Positions 1-12,167 of a stretch of DNA of 64,000 bases are shown piece after piece. How positions within the stretch are numbered: the stretch's first letter is position 1; each line of letters starts with the position of its first letter. Below the pieces are notes generated by a model. That model was not told the DNA's origin, ran no database searches, and saw nothing but the letters and a program-made list of their open reading frames with translations. The position numbers and the translations under genes were made by a program. This DNA comes from Lingula anatina (Eukaryota; Animalia; Brachiopoda): positions 2,705,721 to 2,769,720 of the forward strand of contig CM120648.1 of assembly GCA_051362555.1 (NCBI GenBank), written 5' to 3'.

Positions 1-653
1 CAGATGGTAACCTGAATATTCTGATAGTAAAAATGATTACAGAATCACTAGTTCAGAAACATACGTTAATTATATACTAGTACAGTATATGTATATTATA
101 TAGTACTTTTATTAGTCCGAAACCGAATATATTTTCATATTTATATTGTCAAGCCATAAATGTACCTGTAACATGTTGCAAAGTTATATAAGTAAAAAAT
201 AAAAATAAGAATATTCTTTATCAATGTCATTCCATTTTTCTCTTTCAAAATGGTGTTGAATTCATAAGTCGACAGAAAATTCAAAATACGGCATTCTGTA
301 CAGACACAGATGAAATAAAGACATGCACTATCAAATTTAATTTTAAAAATGCGATTGTCTTAATTGAGTAGTAAACCTGGTTTTCTCTCCCTGAAAATAG
401 TAAGTTTCAGATTGCAATGTTTGTTAAAGATTTAATTTTATAAAACTGTATATCCCTAACTATAGAAGTTGCACCTCTCACTATGTCGGCGGATTTCTAG
501 TCCAGTAAGTCCTAACAGGTCTTTAAATCACGTTTCTTTGTAATGTTGGACTTAAGGACGGAAATTTACCGGGATTTTGTCAGTAGAGAGGGTCAAATAG
601 CCAAAATTCGAAAGAAAACCCCCTGTTGCAGTTATTTCACCACATCTTGAGTT

Positions 654-3600
654 CTAGTCAGATTTGTGAGTGGACAGTTTGGCGTTCCTGCCGAACACAG
701 AGCGCACGAGCCTCGTTCCAAACGCTCCGTAGACGTAAATATCCTGACTTGGATGCCCGCCTTCGCGCAGAATCTCCAAAATGGTGACGACAACTTGCGG
801 ACCAGCACATATCACAAACTTATTTTTATGCCCATTATGGACTGGCAAATACGGTGACAAGGTAGAGCGGTCGATCAGCCCTTCCAATCCGGTCCACTTG
901 TCGTCCCCCTCGTCAACACAGAGTGCAACGTTGATGTTTTTCTTCTCCGCGGCGTACTTTGTGAGCTCATTGCGACAGAGGAGCTGTTCGATGTTGCGCG
1001 CGTGGTAGAAGACTGTCACGCGGGTGAGGTCATCAGGATTCTGCGCAATGCAGCGGACGAGTTGGATCACGGGGGTGGCTCCGATACCTGGGAAAAATTG
1101 AAGATTAGCTTGAGTCATAAACAACAACTCAAGTTTCAGATTAAGTTCCACATCCGCACGTACATTAGTCTTACTTTCTAGTCCTGGTAACTATATATTT
1201 TATTTCAAGGAGGTTGTGTTTTATCGACGTCCTATGTAGGCATAACTTATATTCATATTTACACACTTAGCAACAATTAACGTGCTATTTTGGGCACAGA
1301 ATCAGTGATTCGAAAGATTCTCTCCTATTTCAGTATGATTTACTGAAGAGTGTAACAAATAAGAGGACAAAAGTCAGCCTGTAAAATGTGTTACCCGTGG
1401 CAATCAGGACCAGGTTGTCCAGAGTTCCAGGAATATACTCAAAGCCACCACAGGGCCCGCGGCATTCCAATATGTCGCCTGGGAAATATGCAAGAAAAAA
1501 AAATCATGTACGTTGCCGTCATCAGGGTAATATTCTTACAAATGCCGCACCAAATCAATGACACAATAAGACTAATTAGTTGGCTACATTTCCGTCTCTC
1601 TTTTGTATACTGCAAGCAGTAGAAACACTTTTGTTTAAGTGATGCATGCTTCTATCAGATGTGTAGTAGGCCCCTGTCAAACTGACTGACAGACAGACAA
1701 ACTCCTACAAACATAGGCCTAATTACCTTTCTTAAGTTGCCTGAAAGCGTCGGAGATTAGACCGTGACTTTCAAGACGCATCCCCACCTCCATCACCGGG
1801 CTGTCAGGGCGGGACATGGGTGACAGGTAGCGCTCCTGTATCTTCCCCTTCACCTGAACTTTGACCTGGACATATTGTCCGGGCAGGCATCCGGTGTGGG
1901 TGGCCTGTCTTGGCAGCTGAAACAGGAAGCGCTCAACGCAATCCGTTTCTGGTATCCTCTCGAGCAAGGTCAAAGGGGCGTAGACGTCGGGATCCAGGCC
2001 TGGGCTCGTGGTGACCTTGGCTCTACGCGGAAGGCACGTGGCGAACGGGTTATCAAACTGCACGTCTTGGTTTGCGTCCAGACCGGAAGTTCCGTTCTCT
2101 TCCAGCTCCACCTCCGACAGGAGTCTCTCCGCAAGTTTTCGCTTTTCGTCCAACGTCATTTTCTTGACTTCGGCGTGGACCAAGCCTGGTTTAACCTTCT
2201 GTGCCCTGAATTGTAAGAAATCTACAGCGTTTTTTTTTTTTTTTTCGACAATTTGTTAGGCCCGATCTCCTTTTTCCACCAAAACCATTTTACTTTTTAA
2301 AAAATCATTTTCAGTAGGCTACTTTTATTAGTAAGAATTAAAATTTTGACGGCCACCTTTGACGGCAAACTTTCCACGAGGTGCTCCTGATAACATTGCA
2401 ATGTCGAACGTGGGCCATAGGCCTATAGACCTAAGTGCATTTTTGCTACAGCTAGGTTACAGGGGTATCTATAGGCTTATTATAAGGGCTACTGTAAATT
2501 CCGTTGGCATCTAAGTTCTGAAAGTAATTGCGGCGACGAGATTCAAATGTCAGTATAAAAGAAGCATCATAAACGTAATTCTGACGTAATTGTAGTGTAG
2601 TTGTGACCTTACGTGACGTCAATTCAACGTCATAATGGCGTCATAAATTGCCACCTACCACAGGTCAAACACGTCCATGCCGAGGAGAGCGGACTGACCA
2701 ACCCACTGGCGTATTACTTCATTTGTAGGACCCATCACGCTGCCAGCTTTACTGTCTCTCAGAAGGCGTTCCAACCCTGACGAGAGTGGTTAAATTGTAT
2801 TATCATGTTGAAATATTTCAGAACCAAAATATTGTAAAACAGATTTTTCTCCTTGAGATAAACTGCGATTGCCATTTGTTCTTCTTTGCGTCCAACGCAA
2901 TTATTACACTCCAAATGCTTAAGTATCGTCCGGTTTGTAGTTAAGTAATACCGTTAACTTTCCAACTAATGTTTATTCATTCATTTATTTATTTTTTTAT
3001 TCATTTATTTATTTTTTTTGGGGGGGTGGGGGGGTGGGGGGGTGGGGAGCAAATTTCAGCAAAAAAATTGAATGTGAATAAACAACCACCAAAGCCATCA
3101 AACGTGGACATGGACAAACATGGACAAAACTTGTTATCATATCCAAGTATCAAAATATTCATGTATCAACCCATGTCTGTTTTGTAGCCGGCCCCGCCGC
3201 ACGCGTGCAGCATCTTGTCGGACACCTTGGCCGCGTTTCTGGCCGCTTGGTACTTGCTCTGGAACCCCCAGTGGATGACCTGTGACCTGGAAATATGTGG
3301 GCGCTACATTAACCACATATGTTAAGTACTAGTGATATGATAGATTTAAGTAAAACTCAGTATTGAGTCCTAGGTTTATTTTAGAATTACTCAAGCCAAG
3401 AAGGTCTCCATTTGTCAGTTTATCCGTTTGTCAACAGCCTAACTCAAGACGCAATGGATAGACATTGATAAAATTTTCGGGAAAGGTCAAAAATGGGTAA
3501 AATTTAAAGTGATTGAAATTTGGTGAAGATGCATGTACGCGATCCCGATCCCCATAATTGTGAGAAAGGTCTAATGACCTTGCCCTTGTGCAATGGATCT

Positions 3601-6600
3601 TGCTTCATCTAGCACAGTATATCAGTGGGGAGCTGTCTTATTAGGAGCCGCACTGAACTCTGAGTACTTTTATAGTTCGTATACGATTTAGAACGATAGA
3701 TGGCAGCACTATCCCGTGACGCTACAGAGCTAGCTTACGTCGATCATATTGAAACCATCATAACAAAGTATATACTGAGTATGTTAAGTTGAAGGAATTT
3801 ATTTATTTATTTTACTTGAATTGAAATGAGTGTTATTCATTCCAAGGTTTCAATAGGTCCTCTTCAAATCAGATAAGCCACATGTATAGTTTTAAATAAA
3901 AGAACCTATATAATATAGGCCCTATGTAAATTGAGAACAAAATGATAAAAAATGTGATTTCCCTCAACCATGAGTCAACTTGATGGTGAAACAAACGTTT
4001 ATACTTTAGGCCTAGGCCTACCTTTGTTTGATGTCAGCATCTGTGTATTTCGTCCAGTCATTGTTGTTGGTGGCCTTGTCATAGAACCGAGCCGCGCTGT
4101 ACACTGACATGCGACAAGCATTGGTGGAAAGGACACAATCTCCAAAGTAGTCCTAAAAAGGACAAAAATGGAAAGGGATGGATAAATAGGTCCTATACTC
4201 TTCGATAGGGCCTAGACGGTTGACATTTTATGGACAGGGGCGGATCCAGAGATATTTTCTGACAGTCTTCTAAATTATCTTTGTTAATCCATCCTCCATT
4301 TTTGACCGTCTTCCGACAGAAAACATTAGATACCCGTCAATGTAAACTTAAAAATCTGACCGTCTTCCGGAAGACCCAGAAGACGGCCTAAATCCGCCCC
4401 AGATGGAGGTGTTTATATGGTTACGATCCAAAGGCTGAGTGCATGTATGAAAGCTTTAAACCTCGATATCTGTCAAAAATTTGCATGTCAAATTCGACTG
4501 GTTGTCATTTCCCATTTTCAAGCGACAAACGATTGAAAGATGTCGCATGCCAAGAATCACATAAAAAATTCGGATGTAATTGTAGATCTATGGTCTATGT
4601 GATTATATGGCCTATCTACATATCCATTCCTACCGGTATATATCAACACTCAGCATATGGTATAGTCTGCATGTAATTTTTGAATTTCTTAGGAAATGTC
4701 AACGCGTGGGCTAATAGGTGTTCTGTTTGTAACATAAAAGGAAGTACCTGGATAGTCGGGTAGTCACATACGCGCATGCCCACATCAGCATGTCTCTTAT
4801 CAGTCACGTGTTTCCGGGCTATATCAATGCACCCCATGGCAATCCCGCTCCAGCAAGCAGAAGACACCAACACGAAGTACGCCAGAACAGACTCGTCATT
4901 TAGATATGCCCCCTCACCTGAGTTTACCAAAAATTATTTTACATAATAATAATAAAAGAAGAATGATAATAATGAGCAGAAGGCGGTTACGTAGACCTCT
5001 TTTTACGTGTATGTCCTCGGCATGTGTCCTTAGTTGGTGTAACTTGTAGCCTATTTTCCGTTCACTAATTAATCGTATTTTAGACTTTCACCAATTTGGT
5101 AATAACACACAATTAATTATTATGCAGTCTTAATGGCATATCCCAACACTGACAAACCAATAATATACGGTACTTTACCGATTCTGCCAATGATCCTGTC
5201 TGGGCCTAGGATCCCCTCAGAAATCAGCATACCGGATTGGTTGCCATGTACACCAAGTCCTGACCAATCGCTGGTGTGCGCACGCACTTCGTCCTATATA
5301 TAAAGCGTTGTATACATAACACTGTGTAAACAATTGCTTTTTTCAAAAAGTATTAAAATTCAAATATTTGATTATTCTCCCGAATTTTCCAGTGTAACAG
5401 CATCTTAGAATGTATTTTTCTTCTCACTTCATCATCTTTTTGTGAAAAGCATAAAACATTCTTGATTGCAGATTTTACTAACTGTAAACTGACTTTTTCA
5501 GCGGGGAAAATACAGGGTAGTTCCAAAATGGTGACGTTAGTGGCTACTATTTGGATTGGCTGGATTTGCAAATGGATACCCTTTGAATCAAAAGTCAAGT
5601 ATTCTCGGATGAGTTCCATATTTAAGTACTAGCTTCAACATGCCCGGCCTGAGAATACTTACAAGGATTTCGGCACTGTAATACTAACTACATAGGGGAG
5701 ACCGGGGCTAGTTGGACCCCCGGGGTAAGTTGGCCCCCCATCAAGTCTCTTTAATAAAGTTACTTTAAGATGTTAAATCATTTCATTTGGACTCACTGCC
5801 CACGCTCTTAGCACTATTGGATACGGTCACTTTACAAAATGATGTGATCAATTCTTTTACCCCATAGTTACTTTGTCATACGTTGATGGGGGTCCAACTA
5901 GCCCCGGTCTCCCCTACTAACTATACCCCGGTAGAAAGTCCGCGAATATTTGCCTGATTGTACCAGTATACCAAGTAGCGAACATTTAGGCTTTATGCTC
6001 CCCATAATACTCCCGTCTCCATGGTGAAAATGCACCTTGCAAGTGTTTGTTTTCATAAAATATTCAATTCAAAATACAGGGTAGATCAAAATATGCCCAG
6101 CACGTGTGACTTACTGCAAACAGCAACATGGCCGTCATATTAGCCATGTCGTCCTTGACCCCCGGGCTCAGCGTCTCTACCACATAGAAGTCGGCAAAAC
6201 CTGCGCTGGTAGTCCATGACGAGAACTTCAGCATCTGGATATTACCGTCCGCAGTGTAGTCTGATTTGGACGAGAGGACGTACCAGAAATGGCCCCCTTA
6301 AAGTTGACATTTTCAACATATACTGGTTAGTTTTATTGCAGAAATAAGTAAAAGGTTTGCACTATCCGGATGACGCGTGAAGTGGATGAATAATGCTGCG
6401 ATTTTGAATCCTAACGTTTTCACTATCTAGAGGCAAAGGATTTTAGATACATTATGGTCATACTGTACGTACATGTAAATATCAGCCGTTTTAAAAGCGA
6501 TCTACCGGGTATGTTCAAGTACTTCAAATAGTTTTTCATTATTGAATTAAATTTCATGTAGATTTAGACAATAACAGATAAATGCTTTTTAAAAAAATAA

Positions 6601-8204
6601 ACTACCAGAATTATCTCTTGGAAGTTTTCCTGCAAACTGACACTTTGGTGAGTCATTTTGGTTGTGATTCTTTTATTTAGTCCACAATGGAGCTAAGTGA
6701 TAAAATGTATTTCGAAACTTCTAATAAGTTGCACGTACTTGAAGCATATCGGTAGTTCATTATTTTTATACGACAAATAATTACTCATAAACACAGTGCA
6801 TGCTTTTTAAAGTGCAAATGTTTTGATAAGATATGCATGCTAAAATAACTTTTTTGCGTATTTTTCCCCTAAAACTTGTAATAAACATACTTAAAGACGA
6901 ATTTGTTTAAAATTGTACGTTTTTTCCGTCTTTCTAGTTCGTGCTGTACTGACACTGATACAATGAAGTCAGGGATATTTCTCACCGGACGCCGGATCAC
7001 TGTATGAGAGCGTGCCGATCAGCTTGTCTTGATCCAGCCTACGGAGGACATCTTGGATCAGTTGGCTGTCATGGTAACGGGAGCAAAGGCCGGCGACAGC
7101 AGAAGTGTGCATGCCTGTTACAGAAATGGGGAAGTAAATATGTGTTAAGGATTGCTTGCTACCTCGTTCATATAGGCGCATGTGCGCGCCCACACACAGT
7201 CACACACACACTATCTAGAGACCAAATTAAGTGACATGTTTTGATTTAATTTTGTCAGTTTTGTTACAAGTGTGTACTAAATAGGTACTTTCTAACTGCG
7301 TCAAAACAAGATTACCTGTTGTTAAAAAAATGAAAAATCGTGCAGCATGAAAAAACATTTTACATGAAGTTGACGGGATTAATTGGATACGCACTGGGAA
7401 CTAGTGCATCTTACTGAAAACTTTTAGGCTTTGTTAATTATTTAAATTTTTGACTACATACCAACAAGGAATGAAATAACACTTACAATATACCATTGCC
7501 GTGCTAGGGCACCCATATCTCGCGATAGTCTCGACTACCATGGCAACGCACACGTGATTCTGACCACGCCCTCCCAACTCCTTGGGAACAATCAGACTGA
7601 GAAGCCCCATACGAGCCAGCGCGTCCATATTAGCTCTTGGAAACTCGTACGTCTCATCAGAAACCACCTACAAGTATATATATATAAAGACTGGCAGAAA
7701 TGAACGTATTTTTTTTATCAGTCTACGTCTCTTTTAAGTCGAGTATATTTTAGTGCGAACCTATGTTTTGCTAACAATGAATACTATGACGACAAAACCC
7801 ATTAAATGGGCTCATTTCCCTCCCTCCCTTTCACCAAAGCTTTTATTATTTATGCCAGAACCTATAATTCGACCGTCACGGAGTGTTAGCCAGCGGTATA
7901 AACCAGTGTTTCTTTGTATCTGCTGTGCTGTATGATACACATGTAGTATAATTCTGTTGCATTTTGCAAGATCATCATGTATACATTTACACGTTGTTAT
8001 CGTTCTCCATCAGCGGGCAACTTGCTTTTCATTGCCACAAAGCAGGAGTTGCTGATAATATAAGACAGCTAAAATAACTGGCCCTTCCAAATATAATATA
8101 CAACATGTCCATGTAATCGAGACAACCTGGCCAGTTTTAACAAGTATTTTAATAACAATCATTTCGGTCCATATGAATGTTTGTTAACATTCAGTCAATG
8201 CGTG

Positions 8205-8260
<56 letters not shown>

Positions 8261-11237
8261 TAAGTCAGGTCACCTGACTAAGAGCTTAATAACCAAGGTT
8301 ACATGGTCACATGGGCACATCTTACCCTATCAGGAGTAGTGTAACAGCACTCTCATGGAATCCTAGTCAACTAAGCCAGAGAATTTACTTAGTTTTTTTT
8401 TGTGTGTGAAATTGCAGCCAGGCATTGCTATTGGAATTTGTCATTTTGTCGACATGAATTGTGTCTTGGCAAATCGTATTTGAAAACTCGCTCTTTTGAA
8501 AGAATGGGATAATGGCACCATGTCAAAATGCCATTCATTTTTGATGACCCTTGCTGATATAGTCTGCATTTTATATGTAAATCTATGCATTCTTTCAGCC
8601 TTTGCTACAAGTCACCTGGATTTCAGACGGTAGTACATGTTGTGGTGCATAGGCCCTACCAAACATTAAAAGCAACATAAATCATTAGTGTTAAAATTTG
8701 ACATTCAAAATGGCGTAAGTAGCGTTTAAATGTATCCTTTATGGCATTTAAAACGCTGGAAATACCGTCAAAATGCATTCTTATGTTTAGGGTGTTAGCG
8801 TTGTTGGGATCTAGCCATCCAACCACCGCGTACAATACCGGTGGTACAATAAAGATCATACAATATGGTTCGCATATTTTTCCTGTCTGAATTCATTACA
8901 CCATCAGCCATTGCAACCACATAGATGTAAGGTGGTTGAGGTGGCGGAGGTTGACCGTCAAGATAAGTTTGTTATCAGAGATCAGAAAGGTTGAATAATG
9001 GTAGATCTATTCCTTTTCTTCACACTCCCAGGCACTTTTTTCAAATGTTTAAACAGCTGTAGACCAATACAGGTGATCATGAGTGATGACCTCACCTGGA
9101 AAAATCGTAATTTAAACACACTCGACCTTCTCATATTTCAACCCGCCAAACAGGAGCTATCTAGCAGGGTCTGGGGTTGTGAATAAGACACCAATAAAAG
9201 GATTTTCTGCTCAGTAAGTGTTCATTATATTGCAATATTTTACATAAAGAGAAGTACTGTACATAAACCTAAGCGGGAAAAGTTGTATTGGTAAATGTAT
9301 GTCTTTATGACGTACGGATCACCTTCCATAACACAACCTCTCCGTTGACATTGACGACACATTTTTGGGGACTTGTTTTTCATTTGTACAAGGACGTTGA
9401 CTTATTCAAAGTCAAAAGAATTAAATAAATGATAAATAATAAAGACTTTGTGCATGAAAACAAACCAAATCTTCACGCAAGTTAACTGTCATTACAAAAA
9501 ATCTTCTCTTAAATTATCAAAATAATGCATAACGAAAAACAGTTTGCGCTGAAAACAAACTGTATTGAAATGCAATCATAAAATCTGGCCATAAGCCTTT
9601 CACTGGGTGTGTTTCAATACCCACGGCTTAGTTATCCCAGGCGCGTTCCGTATCATTCAGTGTAGAGAAATGCCACTTAACGTGATTTTATTCATCTATG
9701 CAAATCTTTAACTTTAATATCCGTATTACGTCTATTTTTTTAACTATATAAAGTGAAATGGTTATTGCGCATGTCTTATTATCATCAGCTCGGAACATGG
9801 CAGAATGTTTTTATCGGGTGTAACCCCAGACGAAAATAACTTATACAAATTATGAGGCCATGCATTCCATACTTACATTATCTTGTGAAGGCTGATGTCA
9901 GTAGTGTGAAACAACCGGTTTTTCAGCCACATTTGTACTTTTATAAACATTTCCAGGCACGGCCCTATCACGCTTATTATCACATCCCGCATCTCAAATG
10001 AAAATGCTCTGTTAGACATCAAAATAGAGGGGAATAGGCTGTCCTGAATGGAGGCTATTCACCTGGATAACCCCATTCCCTGATGAAGATGCTCTGTAAG
10101 GCATCGAAATATTGGAGGTAAATTATTTCAATATTTATCTGTTGATTGAAGAAGAAAAAAAAATTGTTCTAGTAACTAAACAGGATTTTGTTCATGTACT
10201 TGATCTAAAATGAATGCATGTATTGGTAGATCCCCTTTGCCAAGATGTCAAGAAACGTTGACTTAAAAATGATTTTTTATTTGAATTTTACATGTTCAGC
10301 AAAACCGTTTATATCGATTGAAATGACAATAGTCAAAACCCTAGAGGCACTCTGGCAATTGTTATCATTAATATCGATAGCTGTTATATGGCTGCGAAGA
10401 TAAAAGAATAAAAACATTTTTGTATATTTTTCCATATTTTGTCCCAAATACGTTTCACGTTTTCACGGGACTGACTTTGACAACTGTCCATTTAAATTTA
10501 ACCACTTCAGAGACCCCCAGCTAATGAAATTATTCAGCACCATGAAACCGCGTGTTTCATTTTTGTTAATCTTTCCTAACGTGCTTTGTCCATTTGTCTG
10601 AAGTACACCATATATGCTTTGCTTTCGACATTTTTACCTCCGCCAAGGAGGTTATGTTTTCACCCCTGTTTTTCTGTCTGTCTGTCTGTTTGTTTGTCAT
10701 CAACATAACTCAAAAAGTTATGGACCGATTTTGATGAAATTTTCAGGGTAGGTGTGAAATGGGTTAACTTAGAAGTGATTAGTTTTTGGTGGTGATCCGG
10801 ATCAATAATCAATCAATAATCAATGATAATAAAAAATTGCTGCCTTGGCGGAGGTAGGTCTGCGCTCTCGGAGTGCTTTTCTAGTTGTTAATCTTTCTTA
10901 ACCCGCTTTGTCTATTTGTCTAAAATAAGCTGTATATATCCTTTGCCGTCGATAAAAATAAGTCTCCTGACTTAAAGTACATAAACCTGTCCTACATATA
11001 AAATTCATTGTGCGAAAAAATTATGGAACGGAATAAGAAAGAAAAAATAAACAAACTAACAAAACTAAACAAATAATAAAAAAGACTTACTGCATTAGGG
11101 CGCAAAGTGGTTCGACACAGTTCAATAAGGTCCCGCTCGATTTGCTTCTGCTCCTCAGTAAGAGTGTAGGGAGGATCGTAATCGCTGCCAACTCCCCAAA
11201 ACTGTCGCTCGCCCCACATCTTCTGCGCCGCGGCCAT
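654..11237 (-). CDS. Acyl-CoA dehydrogenase-fold protein fused to C-terminal FAD/NAD(P)-binding (cytochrome b5 reductase/FNR-type) oxidoreductase domain, 12 exons, 761 aa
   Basis: Exons (minus): 11237-11091, 7667-7487, 7114-6986, 6296-6115, 5293-5179, 4917-4748, 4152-4022, 3286-3171, 2776-2659, 2205-1727, 1478-1395, 1087-654. All introns are GT-AG, phases match, total 2286 nt with no internal stop. ACAD-like motifs: GLLSLIVPKELGGRG, ETIARYGCPSTAM, SWTTSAGFADFY, DWSGLGVHGNQSG, HACGGAGYK, LERLLRDSKAG. Reductase motifs: PGQYVQV, RYLSPMS, GLIS, RGPCG, LIATGIGATP, ICAGP. Confidence 0.9.
3392..3678 (+). mobile_element. Degenerate copy of the Helitron/Helentron-like element at 10633-10884
   Basis: Shares GCCAAGxAGG, TTTGTC..CAACAxxxTAACTCAA, AAATTTTC-GG-AAGGT and AAGTGATT blocks and a similar 3' end (CTCTGAGTACTTTTTATAGTT) with the 10.6 kb element; boundaries approximate. 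Confidence 0.5.
4235..4402. mobile_element. MITE with CAGGGGCGGAT terminal inverted repeats and 5-bp TSD (ATGGA)
   Basis: ATGGA|CAGGGGCGGATCC...ATCCGCCCCAG|ATGGA; the internal sequence recurs at 15491-15656. Confidence 0.85.
5693..5916. mobile_element. MITE with ~28-bp perfect TIR (TAGGGGAGACCGGGGCTAGTTGGACCCC), possibly pogo/Tc1-mariner-derived
   Basis: TAGGGGAGACCGGGGCTAGTTGGACCCC at 5693 and its reverse complement GGGGTCCAACTAGCCCCGGTCTCCCCTA ending at 5916; TA at both ends. Confidence 0.8.
8206..8258. repeat. poly(A) tract
   Basis: About 53 consecutive A in intron 1 of the ACAD-reductase gene. Confidence 0.95.
10051..10150 (+). ncRNA. Hammerhead-ribozyme-like motif in a dispersed repeat remnant (possibly Penelope-like element terminal repeat)
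   Basis: CTGATGA (10080-86), stem II GATGC/GCATC, GAAA (10106-09), stem III TATTGGA/TTCAATA, then TT; second copy at 45711-45810. Confidence 0.5.
10633..10884 (+). mobile_element. Non-autonomous Helitron/Helentron-like (DINE/HINE-type) element
   Basis: Subterminal inverted repeat ACCTCCGCCAAGG / CCTTGGCGGAGGT, internal (CTGT)n microsatellite, 3' hairpin GCGCTCTCGGAGTGC then TTTTCTAG, T-rich insertion site with no TSD. Confidence 0.75.
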
Positions 11238-11294
11238 TGTGTTGGGTCAGATTGTCAACCAGGCGTCTGCTGGCGAGACGCGGGTCGTGTCGGC

Positions 11295-11300
11295 TTTATA
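11295..11300 (-). promoter_or_regulatory. Putative TATA box of the ACAD-reductase gene
   Basis: TATAAA on the minus strand about 60 nt upstream of the ATG, in a GC-richer context next to a GGGCGG box. Confidence 0.4.
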
Positions 11301-11997
11301 AGTGTGGGCGGAAGTCGAGATGACTGATGACGCCATTACTATGCAAAATAGTTTTTATTTCTGTGATGAAATGTTGAACGAAACCAGTTGCTTCTGTCCA
11401 AGAGGAAAACGTGTGTCTTAGCGCAAGAAGCAGATGGCCAGAGCTCGTGACGTTATCTGCACTTTTAAAAAATACAGAAATGTACACAGAATGAGAATTA
11501 TCAGTGAACATCTGATTAAAAAAAAAAAAAAAAACTCCCAGCGTCCCTGGTCAGGGGGTAGACAGCCGCAGTGTGGCGTGACAGTTGACATAGCTTACAT
11601 ACCGAGGAGACAATTCATAGTCACAAAGAACATCTGAACCGTCTAGGCATTTGCCTGTATTTCATGGTAAAGTTCATCACGCTACTGTCGAAAGTCACTG
11701 CATAGAAATGAGAAAAGTATAATTTTTTTGTCATTTTGAAAAATAAACTACGCAAGCTTTGTATGGAGGTCAGACATCTTTCTCTCATGATGGCCTCTAA
11801 TGGTTCGCCAAGTTGGAAATCACACTGTAAATCTCCCCATTATTCGTGAATCAAATAGACAGTAAACACGGGGTGGAAGTTTGGGGTCATATCCTAAGCA
11901 AAGTAGAGCATGTGCAGGTCACACAAGCACGTGACTAGCCTTCCAATCCGACAAAAGACCAACATTTATCCCCGACTTCTAATCCCCTGGGACCAAG

Positions 11998-12167
11998 GGC
12001 GCATTCAGAACAGATGATCCGCGGACTAAATATGGCCGACCCCCTTTAAAAGCAGGTCGCCTAATCCCCTGATGGTCTCCCCGCTTCCACACGCGCTATT
12101 AAATGGATTACATCTCGGCTCCGAGGTTTAAATGCTAGACCCCTGCAGCAACATGTTCTGATTGCGC
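11998..12167. mobile_element. MITE of the GGxxCATTCAGAA-TIR family
   Basis: GCGCATTCAGAACA ... TGTTCTGATTGCGC imperfect TIR; core CCGCGGACTAAATATGGCCGAC shared with 25775 and 61470. Confidence 0.6.

Noticed and set aside
654-11237. Bacterial contamination as the source of the ACAD-reductase gene
   Set aside because: Eleven canonical spliceosomal introns containing repeats shared with the rest of the window.
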